Below the pieces are notes generated by a model. That model made no database searches, was not told the origin of the DNA, and saw only the letters and a list, made by a program, of their open reading frames with translations. The position numbers and the translations under genes were made by a program. Shown one piece after another: positions 15,849-25,580 of a DNA stretch of 30,594 nt; the first letter of the stretch is position 1, and every line of letters starts with the position of its first letter. Source of the DNA: Bacteroidota bacterium (GTDB lineage Bacteria; Bacteroidota; Bacteroidia; Bacteroidales; VadinHA17). The stretch covers positions 1-30,594 of the forward strand of contig DAOVQI010000001.1 in NCBI GenBank assembly GCA_030628785.1. The letters run 5' to 3'.

Positions 15849-17376
15849 TCAAAAAAAAGCAAAATTATTATCCATTATCATTATTGGGGTACTGGCTTAT
15901 ATGTTTATGCCAGAATTAGTGAGAGCTAAGGGAATTACAAAGATATATGTAGTATTCACCTCATCTGGTTTGCAAGGCGAAGCTAGAACTTACCAAATAT
16001 ATCATCCCGATGCAAAAATAATGTCGAATGAAGAAATATTGGGAGCATTGAAAGAAAGATGCCAAGGTGTTGAATTTATTGTTGCGGATACAAGAGATCA
16101 AAGAAAGGTTATTGAAAAAATAAAAGAAGAAAAGGAAAGTTTGGATGGAGTACTTTTCTTCGGTCGTCCGCCATATGAATTAGCATCAATCGGACTACCT
16201 ATAGTAGCTGTCCATCCTCTTTGGGGACAATGGCAACATCCTTTTTTTTATTATATTAAAGGGAAAAAGCTTTTAGCATCTGTTTTGCCTGTAATACCTG
16301 ATGTAGATGAAACTATCTATGCATCTCGGCTGGAAGATATAGCAGGAAAAATTAAGTTGATTCAGGGTATATCAAAAATGAAGGGTTTGAGAGTATTGGT
16401 AGTTACAGATAATCCTGTTCTAGGTGACTATGAACCATCATATTTACAAACTGGACCAACCAAAGAAGACAGAAAAGAATATGAGAAAGTTTATCTTAAT
16501 AATTTAGAAGAGATATTTGGGACAGAACTTGTAACCATACCACAAAAAGAATTATTTGGAAGAATAAATAAGGTTGACCAAAAAGAAGCTGAAAAAATTG
16601 CAAAAAAATGGATTAATGAAGCTGAAGGGATAAAGGGTACCAATAAAGAACAGATAGTAAGGTCGGCCAAACTTTACTTATCTATGAAAGAATTGATGGC
16701 GAAATATAATACTCAGGCAATAACAACGGAAGGGTATTGTCATTTCCAGCCAAGAGGAGAGGGTTGTGGAAACTTAGAAGGATATCCTGATGGTATTCCA
16801 TCGCAAGGTTTACCATCTGCTCAATTTTTTTCAGATGGTATTGTGGCTACTTCTGAAACTCTAATAGATGCACTAATTATTCAGCAGCTTGTTTTATACA
16901 CTACAGGCAAAGCTGGATTTTGTGGAGATTTTATGATAGACCCACCCACTGAAACAGTTACTATTGGTCATTGTGAATTCTCGCTTAAACTTAACCCTTA
17001 CAGTGATGAGGGAAAACTTCCTTATATTATAAGAAATTTACCACTGGTTGAAGAAAATAAAGGTGGTGCTTGTGTACAAGTAAATTTACCAATAGGTAAG
17101 AAAGTTACAGTAGCTATAATAAACATGCATCAGAAAAAAATACATGTTTTTACAGGAAAAACCGTTAATGGCGAGAATTATTTCAAACACTGGGTGGATG
17201 TAATATGCAGGTCAAAATTGATAATTAAAACCAATGCAAAAGCAATAGCTGAAAATGATGATAGCGAAACATTCGGTAATCATCGGGTAGCATTTTATGG
17301 TGATCTTAGACAAATGTTTAAGGATTTGGGCACTTTGATTGGATTTGAAGTAGTTGAGGTAGATATATCGGATTAA
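15841..17376 (+). CDS. L-fucose/L-arabinose isomerase-like protein with N-terminal signal peptide or membrane anchor
   Basis: TSETLIDAL, GFCGD, TIGHCE, CRSKL and FGNHRVAFYGD fit the FucI/AraA-type metal-binding C-terminal region; hydrophobic N-terminus LLSIIIIGVLAYMF...VRA. Confidence 0.65.
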   Translation: MINQKKAKLLSIIIIGVLAYMFMPELVRAKGITKIYVVFTSSGLQGEARTYQIYHPDAKIMSNEEILGALKERCQGVEFIVADTRDQRKVIEKIKEEKESLDGVLFFGRPPYELASIGLPIVAVHPLWGQWQHPFFYYIKGKKLLASVLPVIPDVDETIYASRLEDIAGKIKLIQGISKMKGLRVLVVTDNPVLGDYEPSYLQTGPTKEDRKEYEKVYLNNLEEIFGTELVTIPQKELFGRINKVDQKEAEKIAKKWINEAEGIKGTNKEQIVRSAKLYLSMKELMAKYNTQAITTEGYCHFQPRGEGCGNLEGYPDGIPSQGLPSAQFFSDGIVATSETLIDALIIQQLVLYTTGKAGFCGDFMIDPPTETVTIGHCEFSLKLNPYSDEGKLPYIIRNLPLVEENKGGACVQVNLPIGKKVTVAIINMHQKKIHVFTGKTVNGENYFKHWVDVICRSKLIIKTNAKAIAENDDSETFGNHRVAFYGDLRQMFKDLGTLIGFEVVEVDISD

Positions 17377-17453
17377 TTCCGATTCAAATATTTCAAATTA
17401 GATAATTAGGTTAGAAAAATAGGGATAGCTTTCTAATTTTATCAGGACAACAC

Positions 17454-17489
17454 TATTACCATGCTGTCGGTTGTTTCCAACCGACAGTT
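17454..17489. repeat. 36-bp direct repeat, copy 2, followed by a second hairpin
   Basis: Identical to 2565-2600; then TCAGGTG-aaaa-CACCTGA at 17497-17514. Confidence 0.95.
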
Positions 17490-17574
17490 TTCAGTGTCAG
17501 GTGAAAACACCTGATATCATTAAAACAGATAAAAAAATATGTACATTTATCCTTATTTAATAAATTATTGGAAC

Positions 17575-18351
17575 ATGAAAGCAAAATATTTATTCCTTTT
17601 CCTCGTGTTGGTATCATGTAAACCAAAACAGCAACCAGCCGAAGAGGCACAATGGATTCAATTGTTCAACGGCAAGGATCTTACCGGTTGGGATATCAAA
17701 ATAGCCGGACATGAATTGAATGACAATTACAAGAACACCTTCCGTGTGGAAAACGGGATCCTCAAAGTTTGCTACGATGAATACGATCAGTTTGACAGCA
17801 AATTTGGTCACATTTTTTATAAGAAGAAATTTTCTTTTTACATCCTGAGAGTGGAATACCGGTTTGTTGGCGAACAAGTCCCTGACGCCCCAGGCTGGGC
17901 CATCAGAAACAACGGTGCCATGCTCCATTCCCAATCTGCTGAAAGCATGGGCATCGGTCAGAACTTTCCTGTCTCCATTGAAGCCCAACTACTTGGAGGA
18001 ACAGGTGAAGGAGAGCGTACTACTTCCAACTTATGTACGCCAGGAACTAATGTAGTTATGGATGGGAAACTCATCACACAACACTGCATCGGTTCCAGTT
18101 CAAAAACCTATCATGGAGACCAGTGGGTTACTGTTGAAATGATTGTCAAAGGAGACGAAGTGATCCATCATGTGATCGAAGGAGATACAGTATTGACATA
18201 TTCGAAACCCCAGATCGGGGGCGACCATTTCCCTGAAGGATTTCCATTACCGGAAGGAACTCCGCTAAAAGAAGGGTATATTGCCTTTCAGGCTGAAAGC
18301 CATCCTACTGAATTCCGGGTTATTGAATTGCTTGATCTAAGTAAAAAATAG
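17575..18351 (+). CDS. DUF1080 (3-keto-disaccharide hydrolase-like) lipoprotein
   Basis: WIQLFNGKDLTGW, LRVEYRF, NNGAMLH, EAQLL, GYIAFQAESHP. ATG 17575 gives the lipoprotein signal MKAKYLFLFLVLVSC; the track start 17539 is probably too long. Confidence 0.9.
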   Translation: MKAKYLFLFLVLVSCKPKQQPAEEAQWIQLFNGKDLTGWDIKIAGHELNDNYKNTFRVENGILKVCYDEYDQFDSKFGHIFYKKKFSFYILRVEYRFVGEQVPDAPGWAIRNNGAMLHSQSAESMGIGQNFPVSIEAQLLGGTGEGERTTSNLCTPGTNVVMDGKLITQHCIGSSSKTYHGDQWVTVEMIVKGDEVIHHVIEGDTVLTYSKPQIGGDHFPEGFPLPEGTPLKEGYIAFQAESHPTEFRVIELLDLSKK

Positions 18352-18364
18352 GATTCCGAACAGT

Positions 18365-19219
18365 ATGTCATTATATGCAGGACTTGATATAGGCGGCACA
18401 AAGTTTATTGCTGCATCGTCAGATAACACGGGAAAAATTATCAGAAGAACAAAAGCACCGACACCACTGGAACTTGAGGATGGGTTGAATTTACTGAACG
18501 ATATGATAACAGAAGTTTCAGAGGGTAAGAAATTGACCGGGATCGGGACAGCTATTGGAGGTCCGTTAGACTGGAAACAAGGAGTGGTTTCTCCCCTGCA
18601 CCAGCCAAAATGGCGCAATGTCCCGCTGAAAAAGCGTATGGAAAAACAATGGAACTGCCCTTTTTCCGTGGATGTAGACACCAATATTGCCGCTTTGGCA
18701 GAATATTATGTAAACGGTGAATCAAAGGGTAAATTACTGTATCTTACTATAAGCACAGGAATGGGAGGAGGCTTTATAGTCGACGGCAAAATCTACAGGG
18801 GTATGAATGGTGAACATCCTGAAGTTGGCCACCAATCGGTTAATTTTAAATGTTCAGATCCATCACTCGTCACGTGTGAATGTGGCGCAAAAGATTGCCT
18901 TGAAGCCCTGGTTTCAGGAAACGGAATACGGCGCATATATAATAAGCCGCCGGAAAAATTGAATGAAAATGAATGGGAAGAAGTGACTTATAATCTTGCA
19001 CAAGGGTTACGAAACCTGGCTACAATTTATCTGCCCGATGAAATAGTATTGGGAGGAGGAATTGCTCTTGGCAGGGGAAAGCCGCTTATAAGCGGCATAA
19101 AAAAAATCATGAAAAAAAATATCAAACTTGTACCTATACCCAATGTCAGATTTTCCGGTCTGGGATATGATACTGTATTGCTTGGAGCACTCTATGCTGC
19201 TAAATACGGAGTGCACTAA
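18365..19219 (+). CDS. ROK-family sugar kinase
   Basis: GLDIGGTK, DVDTNIAALAE, ISTGMGGG, EVGHQ and CECGAKDCLEALVSG. Confidence 0.92.
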   Translation: MSLYAGLDIGGTKFIAASSDNTGKIIRRTKAPTPLELEDGLNLLNDMITEVSEGKKLTGIGTAIGGPLDWKQGVVSPLHQPKWRNVPLKKRMEKQWNCPFSVDVDTNIAALAEYYVNGESKGKLLYLTISTGMGGGFIVDGKIYRGMNGEHPEVGHQSVNFKCSDPSLVTCECGAKDCLEALVSGNGIRRIYNKPPEKLNENEWEEVTYNLAQGLRNLATIYLPDEIVLGGGIALGRGKPLISGIKKIMKKNIKLVPIPNVRFSGLGYDTVLLGALYAAKYGVH

Positions 19220-19267
19220 AGATTCATTCGGTTCGACGGATTGAACGCAGGGAACCTGTAGGTGAAT

Positions 19268-22200
19268 TTATTCCAGGTCTATCCGGATAAACTTAATTTC
19301 CATTGGCTTAAAGTGTACCGTCGAAACGGGTGACGCCAGAACTCGTCCGGTGACATCCACAACTTGCAAGGGGAGAGTAACCCCTTCCCTGGTATGTTGT
19401 ATTGCCAGATCCGTAGCATTACCACCGATTTCACGCAGGTGCAGGATCAGGGCAGAGCCATTGTCGATTGGTTTTGCATTCACAAGAAGGATATTGTCTG
19501 CGGAAAAGTCAAGCACAGACCCCGATGATAATGGGTTTTTCTTTTTCCCTGCCGGCAGCACACGGGAAAGGAATGGTATCCTGTTTTCCCAACCGGTTTT
19601 TGTTGCATGATCAAGTCCGTTATTTTCCAGGGTAGTAAGGAAATATGTCCAGGTAAAGCTTCCCTGTTGATATGCATTGAAGTTAGTCGTCCAATAGTTA
19701 TTCATAGGCCAGCCGTATATATGTGTGGATTCCGGTTTGGCACCAGCCTCGTAGCGCCCGGTATTAATCCCTCCCAACTGCATTAAGGGTGCTTCATGAC
19801 TACCAAGGATTATCTGCATCCGGTCATTACGAACTGATACAAAGTTTTGTATAGTATTCCAGTCGTTGGATGATCCGGGGATCTGATCCACCCCTGCTTC
19901 GATTACACCTCCCTGCACATCACAAAAGATCTTACCATCTTCCAGTAGAAATGGAAAGGCAATATACACTCCCTCCGGGTCAGTCACCGGTTTTTTAAGA
20001 AGGGTATATTGCATTCCTATAAGAGGTTGGGAATGATACAACCTGATCTCAGCCGTAAAGCCTTGTGGCTCCCAACAACAATCCCCGATTTCTCCGGTAA
20101 AATGGACGGCATCATAGACCGGTCCCTGTATAAGGGCATCCATATATACTGTGTCAAGAGGGGACCGCTCATAATCGGTCAGAGTAAATGCTTCCATCTG
20201 ACCACGGTTGCCAAGCTGTTCATAAATAAATGCACCCATTTTCCATTCGGCTTTTGGGTCTGCCAGCTCCACCTGAAGGCGTTTGTCAAACAGGCTGGTT
20301 ATTGCTCCCTTTTCCGGATCTGCCTGTATCCGGTACCATTCGTTTTCAAGGACAGGAGCTTCTGTTTGATTAACTTCAAGAGGATTCACATAACCCTCCT
20401 GCAGTTCAATCCGGTAGTTCTTATATCCAAATGCCGGAACATTATCGACCCAGATACCCCAATAGGTACCATCACTCCTATGGCTAAATGCCTGAGCAGG
20501 TGTTTTATGTCCATTCTCATCAATAATCCTGAATTCCTGATCTTTAGGGAGTATCTGGTGATCGATGTAGGTAGTTATCAACCCGCTCCGCTTCCAATTT
20601 AACGTATTATACACGGCCAGTATTGGGACATCTGTTTTCGTAACTTTGTTTTGCAATTGTCCCATAACTTCTTCCCCAATTATCCGTGCCTTTTTAAACG
20701 CTTCCCAGGCATAGGATTCTTTCAGGCGTCGTTGTACCATGGTGCTTTCCCCATAGGGTTCACTCACACTCTCTGATGATCCGAAAGTATGTTCGTCATA
20801 AAACAGAAGAGCTGTGTTAACATCATTCACACGCCGGCTGAAACCATCGGGCACCCTTGCCCCCATTAAAGCAGCCATAGTCATCCCTCCCGTGTTTGCA
20901 ATCAGGTCAACATGGGCCTGACGTGTAGTAGCCAATTCCCGGGCTCCCGAACCAAATCCGTCAGTCCACCAGTCAGGCCAGGCACCCCGGTATACGGGAA
21001 GTTGATCTGCATACCGGTCATCGATCTCTTCAAAGAACTCCCGGGTAATAGCCGTTTTAAGTTTGGGCCATTCATATATTTCATTCCATTTTCTGATCAG
21101 GTCACTTGATATGGTCGATGGTGGAGAGTTATCAGTTTGATAACCTGAATACTGTATATGGATAATATCATAAGGGTATCCTTTCTTTTCCAATTCAGTA
21201 AGGTAATCCAGTAATTGACCTTCGAACCTGTTGAAATCACCTGAATGAATCCCAAACATATTTCCTGTCATATAATGCTCAGCCCTGAAAGCCAACATTC
21301 GACTTCCCGAAGGCGATTCCCACCAAAATGCTGTTGGCTTATCAAAGCAGATCAGGGCCCGGTGTCCATTGGTTCCCATATTGAGGTATTTCACCCCTGT
21401 TTCAGGAAAGAAATCGCTGAAACACCAGCCAATTCCATTCACATCATTCTGCATAGCTGTGGTAACAGGAATTCCGGCTTCTCTGAATCGTTTAAGAGGC
21501 CGTAGCGACGCAGCCAGGGTCTGCTCATCGGGTAGTTCATCAAAATTGAAATACATACCGGTAATCTCTATCCTGCCCTCATTGATCCGTTTCTTCAAAC
21601 GGTTTATCTGCTGCCGGGGCCGGCACTTCAGGTATTCATCCACCGGCCAGGAAGCTTCGCATGTCCAGCGAAACTTTGCTGCATCAGGGTAGTCATCCGT
21701 TTGATCACAATATTCCAACGCATAATCGATAAATCTCAGGTGTTCGGCAAGAATTTCAGTCTGAGGTCGCGTATATCCAATGTCCGTATGTGTGTGCTGA
21801 ACAAAATTAATTCTCCATAGACGGGGCGGCTGAACAGAAACCTTTTTTTCTGTATTGAGGTAACGGCTTTCTATTTGAAAGGTAAGTTCCCGGGGTTTGT
21901 CAACGGCGGGAATGGCTACCCTGAAAAACTGGTATCCAAACCGCAAATCAACCGTTCTCTCCAGTTTCCCGTTTATCATCAGCTTTCCACGGTCAGAGGG
22001 ACCAAAGTAATAAACGTTAACCCCTAAAACCTGGGTACGTCCGGATACTTCTTTGAGTATAGCAGGGTATGAATTTACTGATATTCCCGATTGCAGCGGA
22101 GTTGTAAAGATCATATACCAAGCCCGGCTGTTCGATGGACTACCTGTTACTCTGATAGACAGCGGTTTTCCAGGTGTAAGAAACTTCCCCGGTACATGAA

Positions 22201-22645
22201 GAAACATGAAACCAAACAGATCGCCTGCCCCATCAATTGTTTTGTTAACAAAAGATAATCTGATACCACCCGTACTCCTTACCTCCCATTGTTCCTTACG
22301 GGCTGTATAAAAAGATAATTTTTCCTGACCATCGATCTCCATTACCATTTTTACGTTTCCTAAATTACTACCTATACCGGCCAGCCATACAAATACCGCT
22401 TCTTTCTTCCTGAAATCTTGTGGGACAGTTTCTGTCGTCCAGACCATAGACTGTTTACCTTCCAGTGCCCGTACTAACAGGCTTTGATTTATCCCCGGAA
22501 TGGTGGAGTTATAATAAAAATCAGTTCCGGATATCTTCTCAGCGAAGCCTTGAAACAGGATCGTTTTCGGGGAAATCTCAACCTGTGCATTGGAGGGAAT
22601 CAAACAGGGATGAAAAAGCAAAACCAGGACTACTAATCTTTTCAT
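19268..22645 (-). CDS. GH38-like alpha-mannosidase with extra N-terminal domain, secreted
   Basis: Signal peptide; VQHTHTDIGYT, FRWTCEA, AMQNDVNG, LLFYDEHTFG, YNTLNWKR, PMNNYWTTNF. Confidence 0.85.
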   Translation of the reverse strand: MKRLVVLVLLFHPCLIPSNAQVEISPKTILFQGFAEKISGTDFYYNSTIPGINQSLLVRALEGKQSMVWTTETVPQDFRKKEAVFVWLAGIGSNLGNVKMVMEIDGQEKLSFYTARKEQWEVRSTGGIRLSFVNKTIDGAGDLFGFMFLHVPGKFLTPGKPLSIRVTGSPSNSRAWYMIFTTPLQSGISVNSYPAILKEVSGRTQVLGVNVYYFGPSDRGKLMINGKLERTVDLRFGYQFFRVAIPAVDKPRELTFQIESRYLNTEKKVSVQPPRLWRINFVQHTHTDIGYTRPQTEILAEHLRFIDYALEYCDQTDDYPDAAKFRWTCEASWPVDEYLKCRPRQQINRLKKRINEGRIEITGMYFNFDELPDEQTLAASLRPLKRFREAGIPVTTAMQNDVNGIGWCFSDFFPETGVKYLNMGTNGHRALICFDKPTAFWWESPSGSRMLAFRAEHYMTGNMFGIHSGDFNRFEGQLLDYLTELEKKGYPYDIIHIQYSGYQTDNSPPSTISSDLIRKWNEIYEWPKLKTAITREFFEEIDDRYADQLPVYRGAWPDWWTDGFGSGARELATTRQAHVDLIANTGGMTMAALMGARVPDGFSRRVNDVNTALLFYDEHTFGSSESVSEPYGESTMVQRRLKESYAWEAFKKARIIGEEVMGQLQNKVTKTDVPILAVYNTLNWKRSGLITTYIDHQILPKDQEFRIIDENGHKTPAQAFSHRSDGTYWGIWVDNVPAFGYKNYRIELQEGYVNPLEVNQTEAPVLENEWYRIQADPEKGAITSLFDKRLQVELADPKAEWKMGAFIYEQLGNRGQMEAFTLTDYERSPLDTVYMDALIQGPVYDAVHFTGEIGDCCWEPQGFTAEIRLYHSQPLIGMQYTLLKKPVTDPEGVYIAFPFLLEDGKIFCDVQGGVIEAGVDQIPGSSNDWNTIQNFVSVRNDRMQIILGSHEAPLMQLGGINTGRYEAGAKPESTHIYGWPMNNYWTTNFNAYQQGSFTWTYFLTTLENNGLDHATKTGWENRIPFLSRVLPAGKKKNPLSSGSVLDFSADNILLVNAKPIDNGSALILHLREIGGNATDLAIQHTREGVTLPLQVVDVTGRVLASPVSTVHFKPMEIKFIRIDLE

Positions 22646-22700
22646 AATAAATGAGTTATAAATTTAAATCATTGAATAAACAAGCCTTTTCAAGCTCCTC

Positions 22701-22730
22701 CAAATATAAGAACATAGCTTCGCAAATTTA
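22701..22730 (-). promoter_or_regulatory. Two candidate -7 boxes upstream of GH38
   Basis: TATATTTG (22701-22708) and TAAATTTG (22723-22730) on the minus strand. Confidence 0.5.
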
Positions 22731-22943
22731 AAAATATTCTAATTTTTTCACATAATTATTTATAACTAATCAGTCTTGTTATATTAGCATGTACAGCTTA
22801 TGATTGCGATTATTTTTTTGATTTTACTTTTTTTGCCAGTTACGTCTTTCCGAAAATCATCTGTTGGATCATAGCGCCGAAAGCAACGGCTTACCTTTGA
22901 TCAACTTTGGTAGTTTCGGCGTCGTTGTAAACTTTAAAAATTT

Positions 22944-23138
22944 TCTACAATAATGGAACCTCTCCGAGGTTCTTTTTCAGGTAGTAAATTCCGGATTGTT
23001 TTTTACACGATCAAGGCAAGTAGATTGCTATACCTTATCAAACTGTCCATATCAATCAAGCACGGCAGCTTATTACTAAACCACCCATTAAAAATCGATG
23101 AACATACTATGACCCTGGCAGGGTCATATTATTGTAGA
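22944..23138. repeat. Inverted pair of REP-like units (REPIN-like)
   Basis: TCTACAATAAT-g-GAACCTC-tcc-GAGGTTC (22944-22972) and, inverted, ATGACCCTG-g-CAGGGTCAT-ATTATTGTAGA (23109-23138); leader shared with 291-318. Confidence 0.8.
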
Positions 23139-23418
23139 ATAACGATACATAATAGACTACCGGTCCAACTACATAAGCTCAATCGGGAGAAATTGTTCCA
23201 TGGACCGGAAAAGAAAAGCCTTACTATTGCGTAACTTCTGCCAGTTATTAATAAGGGCACAAATTTGAATTATATCACGACAATACATATATATGGCATT
23301 GTCCTCTAAAAGAAAAGTTTTCTAAGGACAGCAATAATCTGATTAGTTACAATTATTTTAATGTGTTCACTAGCTCGCTAACGCTTGGTTATAATTATTC
23401 TGCTAATTTTGAATTCAG

Positions 23419-23451
23419 AGTCAAGGTTTGACTTTTAGTCAAGCCTTGACT
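23419..23451. repeat. Nested palindrome
   Basis: AGTCAAGGTTTGACT-ttt-AGTCAAGCCTTGACT: 15-bp stem with 1 mismatch; each arm is itself near-palindromic. Confidence 0.8.
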
Positions 23452-23581
23452 AAAACTTTAGCCCGACACGTTACCCTCAAAGTCCAACTTCAGTTCGGGC
23501 TCTGAGTGATACACTATGGAGAAAATTACCGGAGAGTTGATCCATATCATTGTGGAATTTGAAGCCGACAAAGAAGCCGTG

Positions 23582-23614
23582 TTTGGATTTATCCTTCATA
23601 TTTTCTTACATTTG
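23582..23614 (+). promoter_or_regulatory. Bacteroidota sigma-A type promoter for the M1 peptidase operon
   Basis: TTTG 23582-23585, 21-nt spacer, TACATTTG 23607-23614. Confidence 0.6.
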
Positions 23615-23683
23615 AATCAGGATTTGCCATAAAAAAATTTCATACGTTTATTTATTTTTTTTAACTAAAAAATCATTTCTATC

Positions 23684-25576
23684 ATGAAACATCTAAACAA
23701 AAATTTTTCATTATTTGTTATTGCTATACTTGCAAACATTGTGATTTCAGCTCAAAGCACTCTTTATATGCCCCGGGATATTCAAAAGTCGTACGACATT
23801 GGAGTACGCTCATACGACGGCAAGCCGGGTAAAAACTATTGGCAGAACAGTTCCGATTACAAAATAAAAGCGGAACTCTTTCCTGGGCAAAGTATATTAA
23901 AAGGCGAAGAAGTCATTACATATTACAACAATAGTCCTGACACGTTAAAGAGCATGGTGATTCGGCTTTACGGCGATATTTATAAGAAAGGTGCCACAAA
24001 GGATTGGTATGTCGGAACTGCTGATATGACAAACGGTGTTGAGTTAGACTATCTTATTATCGGTAAAGATACCATAAAACTTGATGGGTCAAATGCTTAC
24101 AGGGGCTCAACAAATTTATTTGCCAGATTAACAAATGCGCTGCCGCCTGATTCTCAGACAGAAGTAAAAACAAAATGGACCATAGAAATTCCCGACACTT
24201 TTCAATTAAGAATGGGCAATTATGGCGATAACGATTTTTTCATCGCTTACTGGTATCCGCAAATTGCAGTTTACGACGATATCGCCGGTTGGGATCGTAT
24301 TGATTACACCGGTATGGCCGAATTCTATAATGATTTTAATAATTATACCATTGAAATCACTGTACCCGATAATTTGGTGATTTGGGGTGTGGGCAACCTA
24401 CAGAATCCTGAAAAGGTTTTTTCACAAACGATTATTGACAAGATCAATCAAGCAAAACAGACCGATGAAACGGTAAGAATAATTACTCAGCAAGATTATA
24501 AAAACAACGACGTTACTTTGAAGAACGGGAAAAATGTTTGGAAGTTTTCTGCCACGAAAGTAACCGATTTCTCTTTTGCCGTGAGCGATAATTTTACCTG
24601 GGATGCTGCCAGTGTTGAAGTTGATAAATCAACCGGAAGAAGAGTTTTAACTTCTGCTGTTTATCTTGACAGCACTATCCATTGGGAGAATGCCGCGCAG
24701 TACGCAAGAGCAACGATCAAGTATTTGTCCGAAGAATTACCGGGCGTACCCTATCCGTATCCTCATACAACAACTTTTTGTAACAAGAAACGAGGCGGCG
24801 GAATGGAAACACCCATGATGGCAAACGACGGAGCACCAAAGGACAAAGGGAGTCTTATCGGTTTGATCTTCCATGAAATATCGCACAGTTATTTCCCATT
24901 TTACATGGGAACAAATGAAAGAAAATATGGGTGGATGGACGAAGGATGGGCAACATTCTTCCCCGGCGTAGTGGTTGATAGTTTGGTGCCCGGGTACGAT
25001 TACTACAGAGACTTAATTCGCGGTTATGAATATTTCGCAGGCAAAGAATTAGAATTGCCGATGATGATCCCTACATTTGGACTACCCATTCAATCATCAG
25101 GAACAGCATCTTATTCAAGACCCGGAACGGCTTATATGGAATTACAAAAATTGCTGGGAAATGATCTTTTCAAAAAAGCATTACAAAAATACATTGACCT
25201 CTGGCATGAGAAGCACCCAATTCCGTATGACTTCTTTTTCACGTTCAACGACGTTGCCGGCAAAGATTTAAGCTGGTTCTGGAATCCGTGGTTCTATGAT
25301 ATGGGTTATCCCGATCTGGCAGTTAAAGAAATCGAGAAAACTAAAAAGGGTTATACCGCAATTATTTCGAAAGTCGGAACAATGCCGACCGCTGTTAAAG
25401 TTACTTTTACTTTCGCCGATAGTTCCAAGCAGAACGTTTCGAAAACACCGCTTGTATGGAAAGACGTGGATATTTTTCACGCTACTGTTAAAAGCAATAA
25501 AAAACTAATAAAGGTTGAACTTGGAAGTCCATACATTCCTGATGCGAATAAAAAGAACAACACGAAGGAATATTAA
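23684..25576 (+). CDS. M1-family zinc aminopeptidase, secreted
   Basis: Signal peptide; GGMETPMM (GAMEN-like), HEISH followed by WMDEG (third Zn ligand), YSRPG. Confidence 0.9.
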   Translation: MKHLNKNFSLFVIAILANIVISAQSTLYMPRDIQKSYDIGVRSYDGKPGKNYWQNSSDYKIKAELFPGQSILKGEEVITYYNNSPDTLKSMVIRLYGDIYKKGATKDWYVGTADMTNGVELDYLIIGKDTIKLDGSNAYRGSTNLFARLTNALPPDSQTEVKTKWTIEIPDTFQLRMGNYGDNDFFIAYWYPQIAVYDDIAGWDRIDYTGMAEFYNDFNNYTIEITVPDNLVIWGVGNLQNPEKVFSQTIIDKINQAKQTDETVRIITQQDYKNNDVTLKNGKNVWKFSATKVTDFSFAVSDNFTWDAASVEVDKSTGRRVLTSAVYLDSTIHWENAAQYARATIKYLSEELPGVPYPYPHTTTFCNKKRGGGMETPMMANDGAPKDKGSLIGLIFHEISHSYFPFYMGTNERKYGWMDEGWATFFPGVVVDSLVPGYDYYRDLIRGYEYFAGKELELPMMIPTFGLPIQSSGTASYSRPGTAYMELQKLLGNDLFKKALQKYIDLWHEKHPIPYDFFFTFNDVAGKDLSWFWNPWFYDMGYPDLAVKEIEKTKKGYTAIISKVGTMPTAVKVTFTFADSSKQNVSKTPLVWKDVDIFHATVKSNKKLIKVELGSPYIPDANKKNNTKEY

Positions 25577-25580
25577 ATCT

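Larger units (their letters stand above)
2565..17489. mobile_element. Putative accessory/defence island bounded by identical 36-bp direct repeats; no integrase inside
   Basis: Direct repeats at both ends, AT-richer interior, defence-type genes, cassette-like array and gene relics, interrupting a run of carbohydrate genes. Confidence 0.55.

Noticed and set aside
19220-19267. Terminator or REP between the convergent ROK and GH38 genes
   Set aside because: Only a weak imperfect hairpin; not supportable.
22953-23234. 93-aa ORF in the divergent intergenic region
   Set aside because: Starts inside one REP-like unit and runs through another; no recognisable domain.
23375-23394. Isolated attC-like half-site (TCGCTAAC-gcttgg-TTATAA)
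   Set aside because: No complementary arm or cassette gene nearby; could be chance.
2565-23451. CRISPR array from the 36-bp repeats or other hairpins
   Set aside because: Only two copies 14.9 kb apart, no regular repeat-spacer period and no cas genes.
23516-23632. 38-codon ORF MEKITGELIHIIVEFEADKEAVFG...
   Set aside because: Could be a gene relic, but it overlaps the predicted M1 promoter and I cannot assign it.
25515-25580. Track start of the 892-aa ORF
   Set aside because: Overlaps the M1 gene; ATG 25581 gives a clean lipoprotein signal.
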